Numbered from the stretch's first letter, positions 9,409-18,907 are shown. The stretch is 64,000 nt of DNA from Candidatus Adlerbacteria bacterium (GCA_903851045.1 CAINNF010000015.1:32644-96643); one strand, 5' to 3'. Translations and numbers: made by a program. The notes: generated by a model not told the origin, from the sequence alone.

Positions 9409-9699
9409 TCAGGCTGCGATTGCCCGCTGCTGCAGTCCAGTGATGGCCGCCTCGAAAGCAGCGTTCGCCTCATCCTCGGTATAGAGACCTTCCCCCAGCA
9501 GGGGAAGGAGGTACTGATACCAATATCCAGATGGGTGGTAGTACAAAATCACCGGACATGCCGCGTGCGGTGGCTTCCAGTTGCACGCGATGCAAAAGGT
9601 TGCCGGACGATCTTCCGTCGGATAATCGCGCATCTGGATTCGTGGTCCGTTGACGATGTCGTCGACGATATGGACACCAAAATACCTCCTATCAGCCAT
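9409..9699 (-). CDS. Hypothetical protein
   Basis: AAGGAA RBS before the ATG at 9699; long hairpin terminator at about 9335-9398. Confidence 0.55.
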   Translation of the reverse strand: MADRRYFGVHIVDDIVNGPRIQMRDYPTEDRPATFCIACNWKPPHAACPVILYYHPSGYWYQYLLPLLGEGLYTEDEANAAFEAAITGLQQRAIAA

Positions 9700-9925
9700 A
9701 GGTCGTGTTTTCCTTTTCGGGCATCTCAACAGTCTGAGTGGTTGTGGGATTGGGAAGAACGATACCTAAAGAAAAACGTAACAATATTTTTAATATAATG
9801 CAAGACTATACCAGCACACATATATGGGTTACCCTGGAGCTGCTGCAGACACGCCGACCTTTCGATAGTATCGAGGGACACGGTAGCAACCCCATGGTGG
9901 GGCTTCTGCATGGGAGAACCTTTAC

Positions 9926-10933
9926 ATGATACGTCTACTAATCGTGGCCGCACTGGTGGTCGCGGGTCTGCCTGCTGCCTATGCGCAGCAGATCACCGGC
10001 GCGGGTGCGACATTCCCCGCGCCAGTCTATGCCAAATGGGGCGAGGCTGCGAAGGCTGCCCTCGGCATCGAGCTGAACTATCAGTCGATCGGGTCGGGTG
10101 GCGGTCAGAACCAGATCATCAACCGCACGGTCGACTTTGGCGCCTCCGACGCACCCATGGATGCGGCGAAGCTGGAGCAGAACCACCTGCTGCAGTTCCC
10201 CACCGTCATGGGCGCAGTCGTACCAATCGTCAACCTGCCGAGCATCGAAGCGAACAAGCTGCGTCTCACGGGCGAATTGCTGGCCGAGATGTATCTCGGC
10301 AAGATCACCAAGTGGAACGACCCGAAGCTCGTCGAGGCCAACCGCGGCCTGACGCTGCCGAACGTACCGATCGCGGTCGTGTATCGCGCCGATGGCTCGG
10401 GCACGACCTTTGTGTTCACGTCCTACCTCTCAGCCGTGTCACCCGACTGGCAAGCACAGGTCGGTGCCGACAAGAGCGTTAGATGGGCGACAGGTAACGG
10501 TGCCAAGGGTAATGACGGCGTCGCTGCGACGGTCAAACAGGTTCGCGGTGCCATCGGCTACGTCGAGTACGCGTACGCCAGGCAAAGCGGACTCATCACG
10601 ACGCAGCTGCGCAACAAGGCAGGGCGTTTCGTTGCTCCGACGTCGGCCGCCTTCAATGCCGCAGCCGCCGCTGGCGACTGGAGGGGTGCTCGCAACTATG
10701 CCGTGAACCTGATCGACACCGCTTCGCCCGAAGCCTGGCCGATCGTGTCGGCCACCTTCATCTTGTTGCCGAAGGACCCGAGTGACGCGAGCCGCAGTGC
10801 CACTGTCATCCGATTCTTCGACTTCGCCTACCAACACGGTGGCGATATTGCCAGAAGCCTCGACTACGTCCCGCTGCCCGAAGCCGTGCAAGCTGCGGTT
10901 CGCTCCTCCTGGCACACCGAGGTGAAGAAGTAG
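9926..10933 (+). CDS. pstS: Phosphate ABC transporter substrate-binding protein PstS
   Basis: Signal peptide, ITGAGATFP, NYQSIGSGGG, DFGASD, YRADGSGTT, GYVEY, WPI. Confidence 0.95.
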   Translation: MIRLLIVAALVVAGLPAAYAQQITGAGATFPAPVYAKWGEAAKAALGIELNYQSIGSGGGQNQIINRTVDFGASDAPMDAAKLEQNHLLQFPTVMGAVVPIVNLPSIEANKLRLTGELLAEMYLGKITKWNDPKLVEANRGLTLPNVPIAVVYRADGSGTTFVFTSYLSAVSPDWQAQVGADKSVRWATGNGAKGNDGVAATVKQVRGAIGYVEYAYARQSGLITTQLRNKAGRFVAPTSAAFNAAAAAGDWRGARNYAVNLIDTASPEAWPIVSATFILLPKDPSDASRSATVIRFFDFAYQHGGDIARSLDYVPLPEAVQAAVRSSWHTEVKK

Positions 10934-11036
10934 GACAGCACCACGGTCTGTAACTGCCGACGAATAAGTACAAAAAATGGGCTGCCTCTGGGAGGAGGCA
11001 GCCCTCTTTTATTTCTGTACACAACCCATGAGCTTG

Positions 11037-11327
11037 TTACACACCGACCTCGCGCCCGTTCTTGGAGTGCGGGTTGGTGGGGTCGAGCACGTTGCACAGT
11101 TCCATCAACGCAAGCGTCGGGCAACGACCCGAGCCGTTTCGCAGCGGAAAGTATGCTTCCAGATACGACTCGATGGGCGGGATGCCGAGCGCCCGGAGCA
11201 CCTCCACAGCATCCATCTCGTCGCACAAGCACGAGTCCTGGATGAGTGTCACCCACCGATTATTGACGCGTCTGCTGATAGCCCACCTCCCACGAGGTGC
11301 GGGGTACAAGTATGCGGTATCGTCCAT
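11037..11327 (-). CDS. Hypothetical 96-aa protein downstream of a leader-peptide attenuator
   Basis: Strong AAGGAGG RBS before the ATG at 11327 (MDDTAYLYPAPRG...). Confidence 0.6.
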   Translation of the reverse strand: MDDTAYLYPAPRGRWAISRRVNNRWVTLIQDSCLCDEMDAVEVLRALGIPPIESYLEAYFPLRNGSGRCPTLALMELCNVLDPTNPHSKNGREVGV

Positions 11328-11358
11328 TGAGTCCTCCTTTCGGCACTGTCCTGAGACG

Positions 11359-11475
11359 AAAAGAGCCCGCTGTGGGCGGGCTCTGGTTTGGAAGTTTCGG
11401 GAGGAATCATCCAAAGCACAACCCACCGCGCGGGCTGCTAAGGAGGACGACGACATATTGTCGGGACGGCTGCAT
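11359..11475 (-). promoter_or_regulatory. Ribosome-mediated transcription attenuator (Val/Leu-sensing)
   Basis: Leader ORF with VVVLL; mutually exclusive hairpins 1:2 (11430-11438/11418-11426), 2:3 (11420-11427/11375-11382) and terminator 3:4 (11376-11384/11362-11370 + U-run). Confidence 0.7.
11407..11475 (-). CDS. Leader peptide MQPSRQYVVVLLSSPRGGLCFG (22 aa, apparently leaderless)
   Basis: TTGCAA-N17-CATAGT promoter ends 6 nt before the ATG; tandem GTC GTC GTC CTC CTT control codons. Confidence 0.65.
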   Translation of the reverse strand: MQPSRQYVVVLLSSPRGGLCFG

Positions 11476-11601
11476 ATAAAAACTATGCACGATACGAGAT
11501 ATTTTTGCAACATACAGAACGGGAACGATCCCCATACAACAGAAAACCGCCTCACCGAGAGCCGCATAGGCGGCTCCGCGGTGGGCGGCATTTTTCCAGC
11601 G

Positions 11602-11835
11602 TCACTCGCCATTTATGCTTTTAGCCAGCGCAAGGATGTCCTCGTCCGGGACATCCCCTTCTCCGTATCTGGTGTGGAGATCGTGCAGCGCCAGCACCAC
11701 CTCCACTCGCCCAGCCTGGTCGAGCTGTATATCAGCCCGCACCAGTACTACCAACCGCTCTACACTGGCTCGCTGCGGCGAACCTTGTGTAAAACGAAGA
11801 GCCAGCGTTCCCAGCCATTCCTTTGTCGTCACCAC
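11602..11835 (-). CDS. Small hypothetical protein
   Basis: 77-aa ORF, GAGG RBS, downstream hairpin at about 11545-11590. Confidence 0.5.
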   Translation of the reverse strand: MVTTKEWLGTLALRFTQGSPQRASVERLVVLVRADIQLDQAGRVEVVLALHDLHTRYGEGDVPDEDILALAKSINGE

Positions 11836-11881
11836 TTACCTCTTATTTTACTGATTGCGGTCGCGCAACCGATACGGCCAC

Positions 11882-12172
11882 TCAGCGGATTGGTACCAAC
11901 TGCATATAAAGAGTGAGACCCGTCTCGTCCGGGAACGGCGTCACTTCCAGCGTGGCGAGGAAGCCTCGCTGTCGAAGTGCTAGAATGAGCGCGTCGAGAC
12001 GATCTCTCTGAAGCTTTTTGTCGGGGAACAAGTGTCGCTGGTAGAAGCAGCTCCAGCTTCCACTCATGCAGTAACCCGACGTGCGCATCACGTCACAGCT
12101 TGTGTTTACGTGTGCCGCCCATCGGACAACCCGACGAGCAATCTGACGAGCAATAGCGTCCTGACACATCAT
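11882..12172 (-). CDS. Hypothetical protein
   Basis: AAGGA RBS; TTGACA-N17-TATAAA promoter upstream. Confidence 0.55.
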   Translation of the reverse strand: MMCQDAIARQIARRVVRWAAHVNTSCDVMRTSGYCMSGSWSCFYQRHLFPDKKLQRDRLDALILALRQRGFLATLEVTPFPDETGLTLYMQLVPIR

Positions 12173-12600
12173 GTCACATTCCTTTATAACCAAATTCTTT
12201 TATATCATATTAACATACGTGTGTCAATAATATAAAACGATTCTCGAACGCCCGTGGTCCGAGAAGATACGCCGCGAACGTCTCGGCCACATCCTTGGGC
12301 TGCATACCCTCGGGTGGGTTAAAACGCAGATCTTCGTTCATGCATACTCCTTCCGGGAGTCTGTGACGGGTCGTATGACTCCCGACATATTAAACTACCA
12401 ATTATACATTTTGTCCACCGCTCTTGGAAATGTCATACAGTAGCACCACCTCAAAAAGTCCCAAACTTGTCCGCATCGCTCCCCTGCGTGACGGGTTCAA
12501 GATGGAGGGACGGACGCCGGTAAGTACACAAAGACAGCCTAGTTTACATAAAAAGAAACCGCCCACCAAGAGTCGATGAACGGTCTTTGCGATGAGCGGT

Positions 12601-13044
12601 TCAGGTGGTCGGCGAATCGTCCCACGAGAGATAGAGGACGAAGTGCGGCATGGTCTCGTACACTTCAATGCCTGCCGATTGGCAGCGTCTGACGAACTCT
12701 GCGATGAGCTCATCCCAATGCTGCCCTTCAGACCTCCACGCATCAACGACGTCCGAGCAGTTGCCTGGCGAGTCGGCCGAACTCGTGATGCCGTAGTGAG
12801 TCTTAATGACGAGCAACGGAACTTCCCACTGACCTCGGAACTTCGCCCTCTGATGGCCGCGAATGTAGTGCTCGACCGTCTCCAGCCCTTCAGGCACGCC
12901 CTCTGGATAGAGGTACTGGAGCAGCCCTTCGCCCCACGAAAGGGTGTCGGTCCTGAACCGCATCAGGTGGTCGGGAACGCAGCAATCGTCATTTTCCGCG
13001 AGGATAATGCCATATGCTACGTACCCGTATATCAAGTTGGACAT
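12601..13044 (-). CDS. Hypothetical protein
   Basis: GGGAG RBS before MSNLIYG; TTGACA-N17-TATATA promoter; terminator at about 12550-12601. Confidence 0.6.
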   Translation of the reverse strand: MSNLIYGYVAYGIILAENDDCCVPDHLMRFRTDTLSWGEGLLQYLYPEGVPEGLETVEHYIRGHQRAKFRGQWEVPLLVIKTHYGITSSADSPGNCSDVVDAWRSEGQHWDELIAEFVRRCQSAGIEVYETMPHFVLYLSWDDSPTT

Positions 13045-13136
13045 TTCGGACTCCCAAAATTTCAAACTAACCCAAATAGATATATACCACCTTATAAAGC
13101 AATTGTCAAACTCCGCGTAACGGATCAATAATCGCC

Positions 13137-13445
13137 TTACGGAAGAGCGGTTTTAAGAAGGAATGCATCAGCAATGGGTGGCACCGGGTCAGCGAGTCGG
13201 GGAACACGCTCTCGTATCGTATAGTACGCCGGCACCGTACCCGTAGGCGTAAACTCCCACGCGTATGATTGATTCTTATGATCGTTCATGACACGAACGA
13301 GCACTACCCTATGCGTATCCAGCCCCTTAAAATCTCGCATAGCCATTCGCAGAAGCTTCAACAAGTGAGCAGCGGATCTTCCTTGCGAGTTGGTTCGCAC
13401 GAGGCATCTATGCTCCGCTGGGCAATACTCCCGTATGTAGTCCAT
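13137..13445 (-). CDS. Hypothetical protein
   Basis: 102-aa ORF with AGGAG RBS. Confidence 0.6.
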   Translation of the reverse strand: MDYIREYCPAEHRCLVRTNSQGRSAAHLLKLLRMAMRDFKGLDTHRVVLVRVMNDHKNQSYAWEFTPTGTVPAYYTIRERVPRLADPVPPIADAFLLKTALP

Positions 13446-14270
13446 CCCGTTCTCCTGTAGGATCTGAAATCTGAAAATACGATACCAGAATATTCAAACT
13501 TTGTCTTGCTACCCCGTATGGTCCGGTACAGAATGGTTGATTGAGCACACATAAGCATACAACTCCAAAACACCCGTACTGTGGCTTTTTCGACCATCAC
13601 CATTCATAATCGACACAACGAGTCGAACGTTACACACTTCGCACCCAACACGGACAGGCTCAGAACGATGGACAGACACTCTTTTTCTTATTTGGTGACG
13701 ATAAAGAAGAGCGAGTTGCTCTTGCCTCGGGCGTTAGACACCGACACGTCATACGTACCAGGGGCGGCACAAAAACTAACGTAGTCTGACTACGTTACTA
13801 TCCCTCCTCTAACTCTTCTTTCGTACACATGCCCTAACTATAGCAACTTCGAGTCCTACCTACAGGACCAAAGTAACACACCATTGCACTACACTTATTA
13901 CTGATTAATGACGCCTCCCCATTTCCTCCGGTATAACTACTTTCGTAGAAAGTTGTAGGCCATGAGCGGCGCCCAGATAAGGAAGCTCGCGAAGCCAATA
14001 ATAAAAAAGGTTGGTACCAGCTGTTGGGGTATACCATCGCCCGTCCAAACAAGTACCAGGGAATGGGGAGGCGTCCAATTGATTCAGAACTCGTGTGGTG
14101 TAGTAATTGGTACCTACCATGCGACGCTGATTCGTGTGGTGGATGGTGGCCAACATTAAACCATGCAAAATCGTCATTAATTGGACGCCCCACCTTTTTT
14201 CTTATAGTAAGAACACTGCTTGTACATAGGTAAAAAGTCCCCACAAAAGTTTTGTATAAAAACAGCTTAT

Positions 14271-15236
14271 TTACTGAGCCTTGGAGGTGGCTTCAGCATA
14301 GTCAAAAATCCGGTGAACGCCATTGTATTGCTCTGGAGTGTAACTACGCAGCAACAGATTCTCATCACTCGATGAGATTCCATCTACTAATATCGGAATA
14401 TGGTGCTCTTTTATGGTAGTGATAATTTCATTTACTTCCAAAAACGTTGGACTGCCTATTCCCAAACCTCCCCAAGCTTCATAGTTACCCTTTTTTGTTT
14501 CAAATTCTAAATGTGGTGCAAAATATGGACCTGAGCAACCACCTCGACCACGACATATGGTGTACTGAGATGAATATAATTCCGCTTGTTTAACTTCCGT
14601 CCATTGAATTTTTTTAGCACCAACAATATCATCTCCGACTACAATTCCATCAGTACGGATTATTGTGTATGTATTAAAGAAAAGTATTGCAAGTAACAAC
14701 AAGGACCAAAGAATAATCCCGAATTCTAAAATACAAAGTAGGTCTTCCTTTAAGAAAAGTTTTGGAGTTCTCTTCCCACTTAAAATATATCGTTTCATTT
14801 GATGATGAAACCTTTCACGAGAGTTTAAAAACTGGTCATATTTCTTAAAGAAAATCTGAATGCACAACCTCCCAATAAGCCATATGGTTAGAGTTACAAG
14901 CCCTCCCAAAATGTACCCGAGAAAAAGCTCTCCAGAATTATCTACAGAAAAAGCTATATAGTTATTCTGAGTATAGAAATACCTCTGGAAAGCTGCGACT
15001 GGACCAAGACTAAAGAAAGCAATAACAAAAAAACAACACACAAGGGCTATGGAGGAGGTTGTTGGAATGTATTTATAAAACCATTTAACTGACACTTTTA
15101 TAGCTTCTGGCTGTTCTGTAAGTTGTTTTTTGGTCTTCTTGTTACTTCTATAAAACGAAATTAGCCAAGCCTCCACAACTGCCCAAACAATAAGTGCAAA
15201 ATAGAATGCTGCGGTTTGTAAATTTAAAATAGGCAT
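14271..15236 (-). CDS. Low-GC multi-pass membrane protein (unknown function)
   Basis: 321 aa with about 4 hydrophobic segments; AT-rich DNA directly downstream of tRNA-Asn. Confidence 0.7.
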   Translation of the reverse strand: MPILNLQTAAFYFALIVWAVVEAWLISFYRSNKKTKKQLTEQPEAIKVSVKWFYKYIPTTSSIALVCCFFVIAFFSLGPVAAFQRYFYTQNNYIAFSVDNSGELFLGYILGGLVTLTIWLIGRLCIQIFFKKYDQFLNSRERFHHQMKRYILSGKRTPKLFLKEDLLCILEFGIILWSLLLLAILFFNTYTIIRTDGIVVGDDIVGAKKIQWTEVKQAELYSSQYTICRGRGGCSGPYFAPHLEFETKKGNYEAWGGLGIGSPTFLEVNEIITTIKEHHIPILVDGISSSDENLLLRSYTPEQYNGVHRIFDYAEATSKAQ

Positions 15237-15288
15237 ACCCGCACAACAGACATACTGTAAATATTTTTAAGTTATCTGTCAAACTTTG

Positions 15289-15360
15289 CTCCGGCGGTAG
15301 GACTCGAACCTACAACCAACTCCTTAACAGGGAGCTGCTCTACCATTGAGCTACACCGGA
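15289..15360 (-). tRNA. tRNA-Asn (GTT), CCA not encoded
   Basis: TCCGGTGTAGCTCAATGGTAGAGCAGCTCCCTGTTAAGGAGTTGGTTGTAGGTTCGAGTCCTACCGCCGGAG folds into a cloverleaf with anticodon GTT. Confidence 0.95.
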
Positions 15361-15513
15361 ATGTTCTTTTGTGCACCCGAAAATCGGGCACTTCCATACT
15401 ATATCGAGTTTTAGAAAAAACTCCAGCAACCAGTACCCCACCACACGCTTGCTCGCCTTGCTTATACCCTACCCCAGCTGCACACACATCCGTTTACTTG
15501 TTATACTGGTGGC

Positions 15514-16008
15514 ATGGAAACCGTAAAACGAGTTGTCGCCGTCTCCGGCGGGTTCGATCCTATACACATTGGGCACGTGCGCATGTTGCAAGAGGCACGA
15601 GCGCTGGGCGACAAGCTCGTCGTCATCCTCAACAACAATGATTGGCTGATAGCAAAAAAAGGGTTTGCCTTTATGCCTCAGGAAGAGCGCGCCGAACTTT
15701 TGGCCGCATATGACTTCGTCGACGAGGTGGTGCTCACCTGCCACACACTCGAGGAGCTCACCCGCGAAGAGGACTGGGCATACCACCGAAGCGTCTCGCG
15801 CGAACTCGCAAAAATCAAACCGCACATCTTTGCCAACGGGGGCGACCGCGACGAGAACGATTCCAAGAACCCTAAATCTTCACTCTACTGGGATATCAAA
15901 ACATGCGAGGACCACGGCATCGATATGATCTTTGGCATCGGTCACGGCGGCAAGGTGCAGTCGAGCTCGTGGCTCATAGCGAAGGCGAAGGAGGCGCAGA
16001 AGGTATAG
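15514..16008 (+). CDS. Cytidylyltransferase-like nucleotidyltransferase (TagD/RfaE-II family)
   Basis: SGGFDPIHIGH, ER.E, FANGGDR, SSS motifs. Confidence 0.85.
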   Translation: METVKRVVAVSGGFDPIHIGHVRMLQEARALGDKLVVILNNNDWLIAKKGFAFMPQEERAELLAAYDFVDEVVLTCHTLEELTREEDWAYHRSVSRELAKIKPHIFANGGDRDENDSKNPKSSLYWDIKTCEDHGIDMIFGIGHGGKVQSSSWLIAKAKEAQKV

Positions 16009-16053
16009 TAGTACACTCCCTTTCTACATACATACAAAGAGAAAGCCACCTGG

Positions 16054-17319
16054 TTAGGTGGCTTTTTTGTCGAGATGATCGATCCCCGGTAGAAAGTATG
16101 AGGCGACCCCCACGACGACGAGCACGCAGCCGCATATCGCGAGTTCGGCGGGACACCCGAGTCGGTTCGCGACGATACCCGCTCCCCATGAGCCGAGCAC
16201 CATCCCGCCACAGGAGAACGTGTAGCTGTAGCCAGTGACGATACCAACCAGGTCGTATCTCACCAGATGTGTGATGGACGACCGGATCGTGATAAGACTC
16301 ACCGTGAAGCCGTACCCCGCGAAGAACAGCAGTATCGCAGCCGAAGTAACATCCTTGGTGAGCGAGAGTAGCACGGACGCGATGCCCAAGGTCACCACAC
16401 CGCTCACGAACAGCACCTTGTGAGACAGGAACTTGTGGCAACAGGTGACCATGACCAGGGTAAGGATCGCTCCCGCACCCGACGACAGGGCCAAGTGACT
16501 GAACACCACCGGGTTGCCTCCGAGCATGTCGCGTACGATGACCGAAAGGAGCGACGTGTACGAGAATCCGAACGTACTCACGACGCCCGTGAGCACGATA
16601 CACGTCGCTATCTCTCGATGACGCAAGATGTAGACCGCCCCACGTACGAGACTCTCGCGTACTCCCGGTTGTGGCGCAGTGCGAGCCGGCAGGCTCCGGT
16701 GCGGAGCCAGACGTATCATCACGAGCGCCGACAGGAATACGACGAACGAGACACTGTTCACCATGAAGGTGATCGGATACCCGCAGTACCAGACGAGAAA
16801 CCCCGCGGCGCCTGGCCCGACCATCTGCGCGATGTTGCCGAGCGAGAGAAACACCATGGAGGCGTATCGCACCTGGTGCCTCCCGACGAGCTCTTTGACG
16901 AACACATTACGTCCCGGCGCGTCGATCACCGTGATGAGTCCGGTGCAAAGTACCAGGATGTTTATCGCGAAGATGCTTGCAAGATGTGCATACGTGAGGT
17001 ACGCGAGCGCCACCGCTTGTATAAACCCGAGCACGGTGGTCACGAACAGTATCCGTTTCGTGTCACATCGGTCCAAGAAGAGTCCTGCGAGCGGCGCGAG
17101 CAGTGTCGCGGGCCCGAGCATCAAACCCCCGATCACACCGACCCAATAGGCGGCGTCCACGGTGCCTGCCAAGTCGATGATCAACAGCGAGAGTACCGCC
17201 GATTGTAGGAGCGAACCGATCACAGACACGAACTGACCGGTAAAATACCAACGAAGATTCGTATCCGCGAACACACCCACGGTCGTCGTGCGTGATAGTG
17301 CCGATGTCTCGGCGTTCAT
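16054..17319 (-). CDS. MFS transporter
   Basis: About 12 TM helices; GLFLDRCDTK motif-A-like segment. Confidence 0.85.
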   Translation of the reverse strand: MNAETSALSRTTTVGVFADTNLRWYFTGQFVSVIGSLLQSAVLSLLIIDLAGTVDAAYWVGVIGGLMLGPATLLAPLAGLFLDRCDTKRILFVTTVLGFIQAVALAYLTYAHLASIFAINILVLCTGLITVIDAPGRNVFVKELVGRHQVRYASMVFLSLGNIAQMVGPGAAGFLVWYCGYPITFMVNSVSFVVFLSALVMIRLAPHRSLPARTAPQPGVRESLVRGAVYILRHREIATCIVLTGVVSTFGFSYTSLLSVIVRDMLGGNPVVFSHLALSSGAGAILTLVMVTCCHKFLSHKVLFVSGVVTLGIASVLLSLTKDVTSAAILLFFAGYGFTVSLITIRSSITHLVRYDLVGIVTGYSYTFSCGGMVLGSWGAGIVANRLGCPAELAICGCVLVVVGVASYFLPGIDHLDKKAT

Positions 17320-17476
17320 GCAGTGTCCCCTTTCAGAGGCAAGATATGATGGAGAGCTTCTATACTAAGTAGTACAATACCGGCGAAAGCAGGTCAACCC
17401 GCCCATAACCACTTGACCCGTCACATTGTGTGATCTATGGTGTATGCGGTACGTATAGAAGAAAAGGAGACCAGCT

Positions 17477-17902
17477 ATGTCGTTTGACCCGTCTGCGACT
17501 CGCTATCGCCTGGGTCCATGGATCCTGTTCGGTGTCTGTAGTGTCGTGTTCTTTGTAGCGATCGGACACATGGTACAGACAACACTCGCCGAGACGATCA
17601 CGTGGATCATCGTGTTCCGTGTCGTAGAGATGTACGTCTTTCTCGCGGCCTATGCATGGATATGCGTCATCTTGATCCGTAAGGAGTCGCGCGCCACCGG
17701 ACAGTGGTTGCTCCGAGTCACCCACAGTGGCGGCGTCATGTCCGAACCCATGACCCACGAGTATCAGTTCGACTCGCTGGAACTTCTGGAGCGAGCATGG
17801 CGCACGTTGTATCTCCGATTTCGCAGTACCCGTACCGTGACTGGCACCGCCACAGCACCTGACGGCACGGTCAGGACACTGCAACTCGACCCGTTACAGT
17901 AG
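17477..17902 (+). CDS. Hypothetical membrane protein (paralog of next ORF)
   Basis: AAGGAG RBS; 2 TM helices plus a W.L.VT.SGG...WR.L...GT.T.PDG domain. Confidence 0.65.
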   Translation: MSFDPSATRYRLGPWILFGVCSVVFFVAIGHMVQTTLAETITWIIVFRVVEMYVFLAAYAWICVILIRKESRATGQWLLRVTHSGGVMSEPMTHEYQFDSLELLERAWRTLYLRFRSTRTVTGTATAPDGTVRTLQLDPLQ

Positions 17903-17965
17903 CACGCATGTTGCTATTAGGGAAAACGTGCGGTATGGTACGTTTCGGTACACAACACAAGAGGA

Positions 17966-18310
17966 GTGCTTGCCGTGTCGGACAAAGCGGCTGCTATCGT
18001 TCGTAACCTCACGACGTTCGTCGCCTGGGCACACAAACGGTTTCACCAAACTTGGGTGTTAACCGTTACCTACAGCGGGGGTAGCCTGCGCAAGCCGATA
18101 CCTGACGTCTCATACCCGTCAAGGTCACGCCGAAAGGCTCTGCGCCAATGGCGCGACCTGTGCCGCCAGTTCAGTGGCGGCGTCAACAAGATGCACATGG
18201 TCGGCACACTCACGTCTCCCGACGGTGTGGTGGAGCCGCTCGGCACTGTGGAGTCGGGGGTGATCACCCATCCCGACGGGACCACGCAACCCGTCACCTC
18301 GATGAAATAA
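17966..18310 (+). CDS. Hypothetical protein (paralog of previous ORF)
   Basis: GAGGAG RBS; same W.L.VT.SGG...WR.L...GT.T.PDG domain; terminator follows. Confidence 0.6.
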   Translation: MLAVSDKAAAIVRNLTTFVAWAHKRFHQTWVLTVTYSGGSLRKPIPDVSYPSRSRRKALRQWRDLCRQFSGGVNKMHMVGTLTSPDGVVEPLGTVESGVITHPDGTTQPVTSMK

Positions 18311-18511
18311 CGCCACACCTCCCGGTCCTGTCGCACTTGTGCGACAGGACTTTTTTGTTACAGCATGAAAAAAGGGTGGTCGCGCATCACCTGCCAGCTA
18401 TACATAAAAACCGCCCCTCGTCGAAATGAGCGGACAGTAAAAATTGACACGTGTAGCACAAAGTCGTAATCTGCAATTTAGAAGACCTTCTTCCAGAAAA
18501 GGAGTCGGGAG

Positions 18512-18712
18512 ATGTTATGCTTCGAAGACGTACCGATCAATGAGACCTGCTTTGTCGCAGGACTGGGGATTCATCTGCGACGTATCCCCGACCGTATCGT
18601 CCCCGGGGTGACCACGGACGACGACCGGCCCGTCAACGCAGAGGTCGTCTCGAGCATGAGCGCTCGGGCCGTGTGTCTGGTCGACCCAGACACCTTCGTC
18701 GCTCGTTGCTGA
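18512..18712 (+). CDS. Small hypothetical protein
   Basis: AAGGAG RBS, upstream TTGACA promoter. Confidence 0.5.
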   Translation: MLCFEDVPINETCFVAGLGIHLRRIPDRIVPGVTTDDDRPVNAEVVSSMSARAVCLVDPDTFVARC

Positions 18713-18733
18713 ACAGCGAGGACGGAGGCTCGT

Positions 18734-18907
18734 ATGACACACAACGGCGAAGGTCCCAAAGAACCACGGGTTGCGGAAACGTGCATGGTCACCGAAGAGG
18801 TCGAACTCGGACCGGACGGGAAGCTCGTGCGCGTGCTATACAAGTTCGGATTCCCCTACCACGAGATCCGATCGGATGACGCCCCACCCGCCGAGGTCGA
18901 AGCGTAA
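18734..18907 (+). CDS. Small hypothetical protein (57 aa, not in ORF track)
   Basis: GGAGG RBS; MTHNGEGPKEPRVAETCMVTEEVELGPDGKLVRVLYKFGFPYHEIRSDDAPPAEVEA. Confidence 0.5.
   Translation: MTHNGEGPKEPRVAETCMVTEEVELGPDGKLVRVLYKFGFPYHEIRSDDAPPAEVEA

Noticed and set aside
9770-9925. Pho box upstream of pstS
   Set aside because: Only a weak AT-rich match, with no clear 11-bp-spaced CTGTCAT-type repeats
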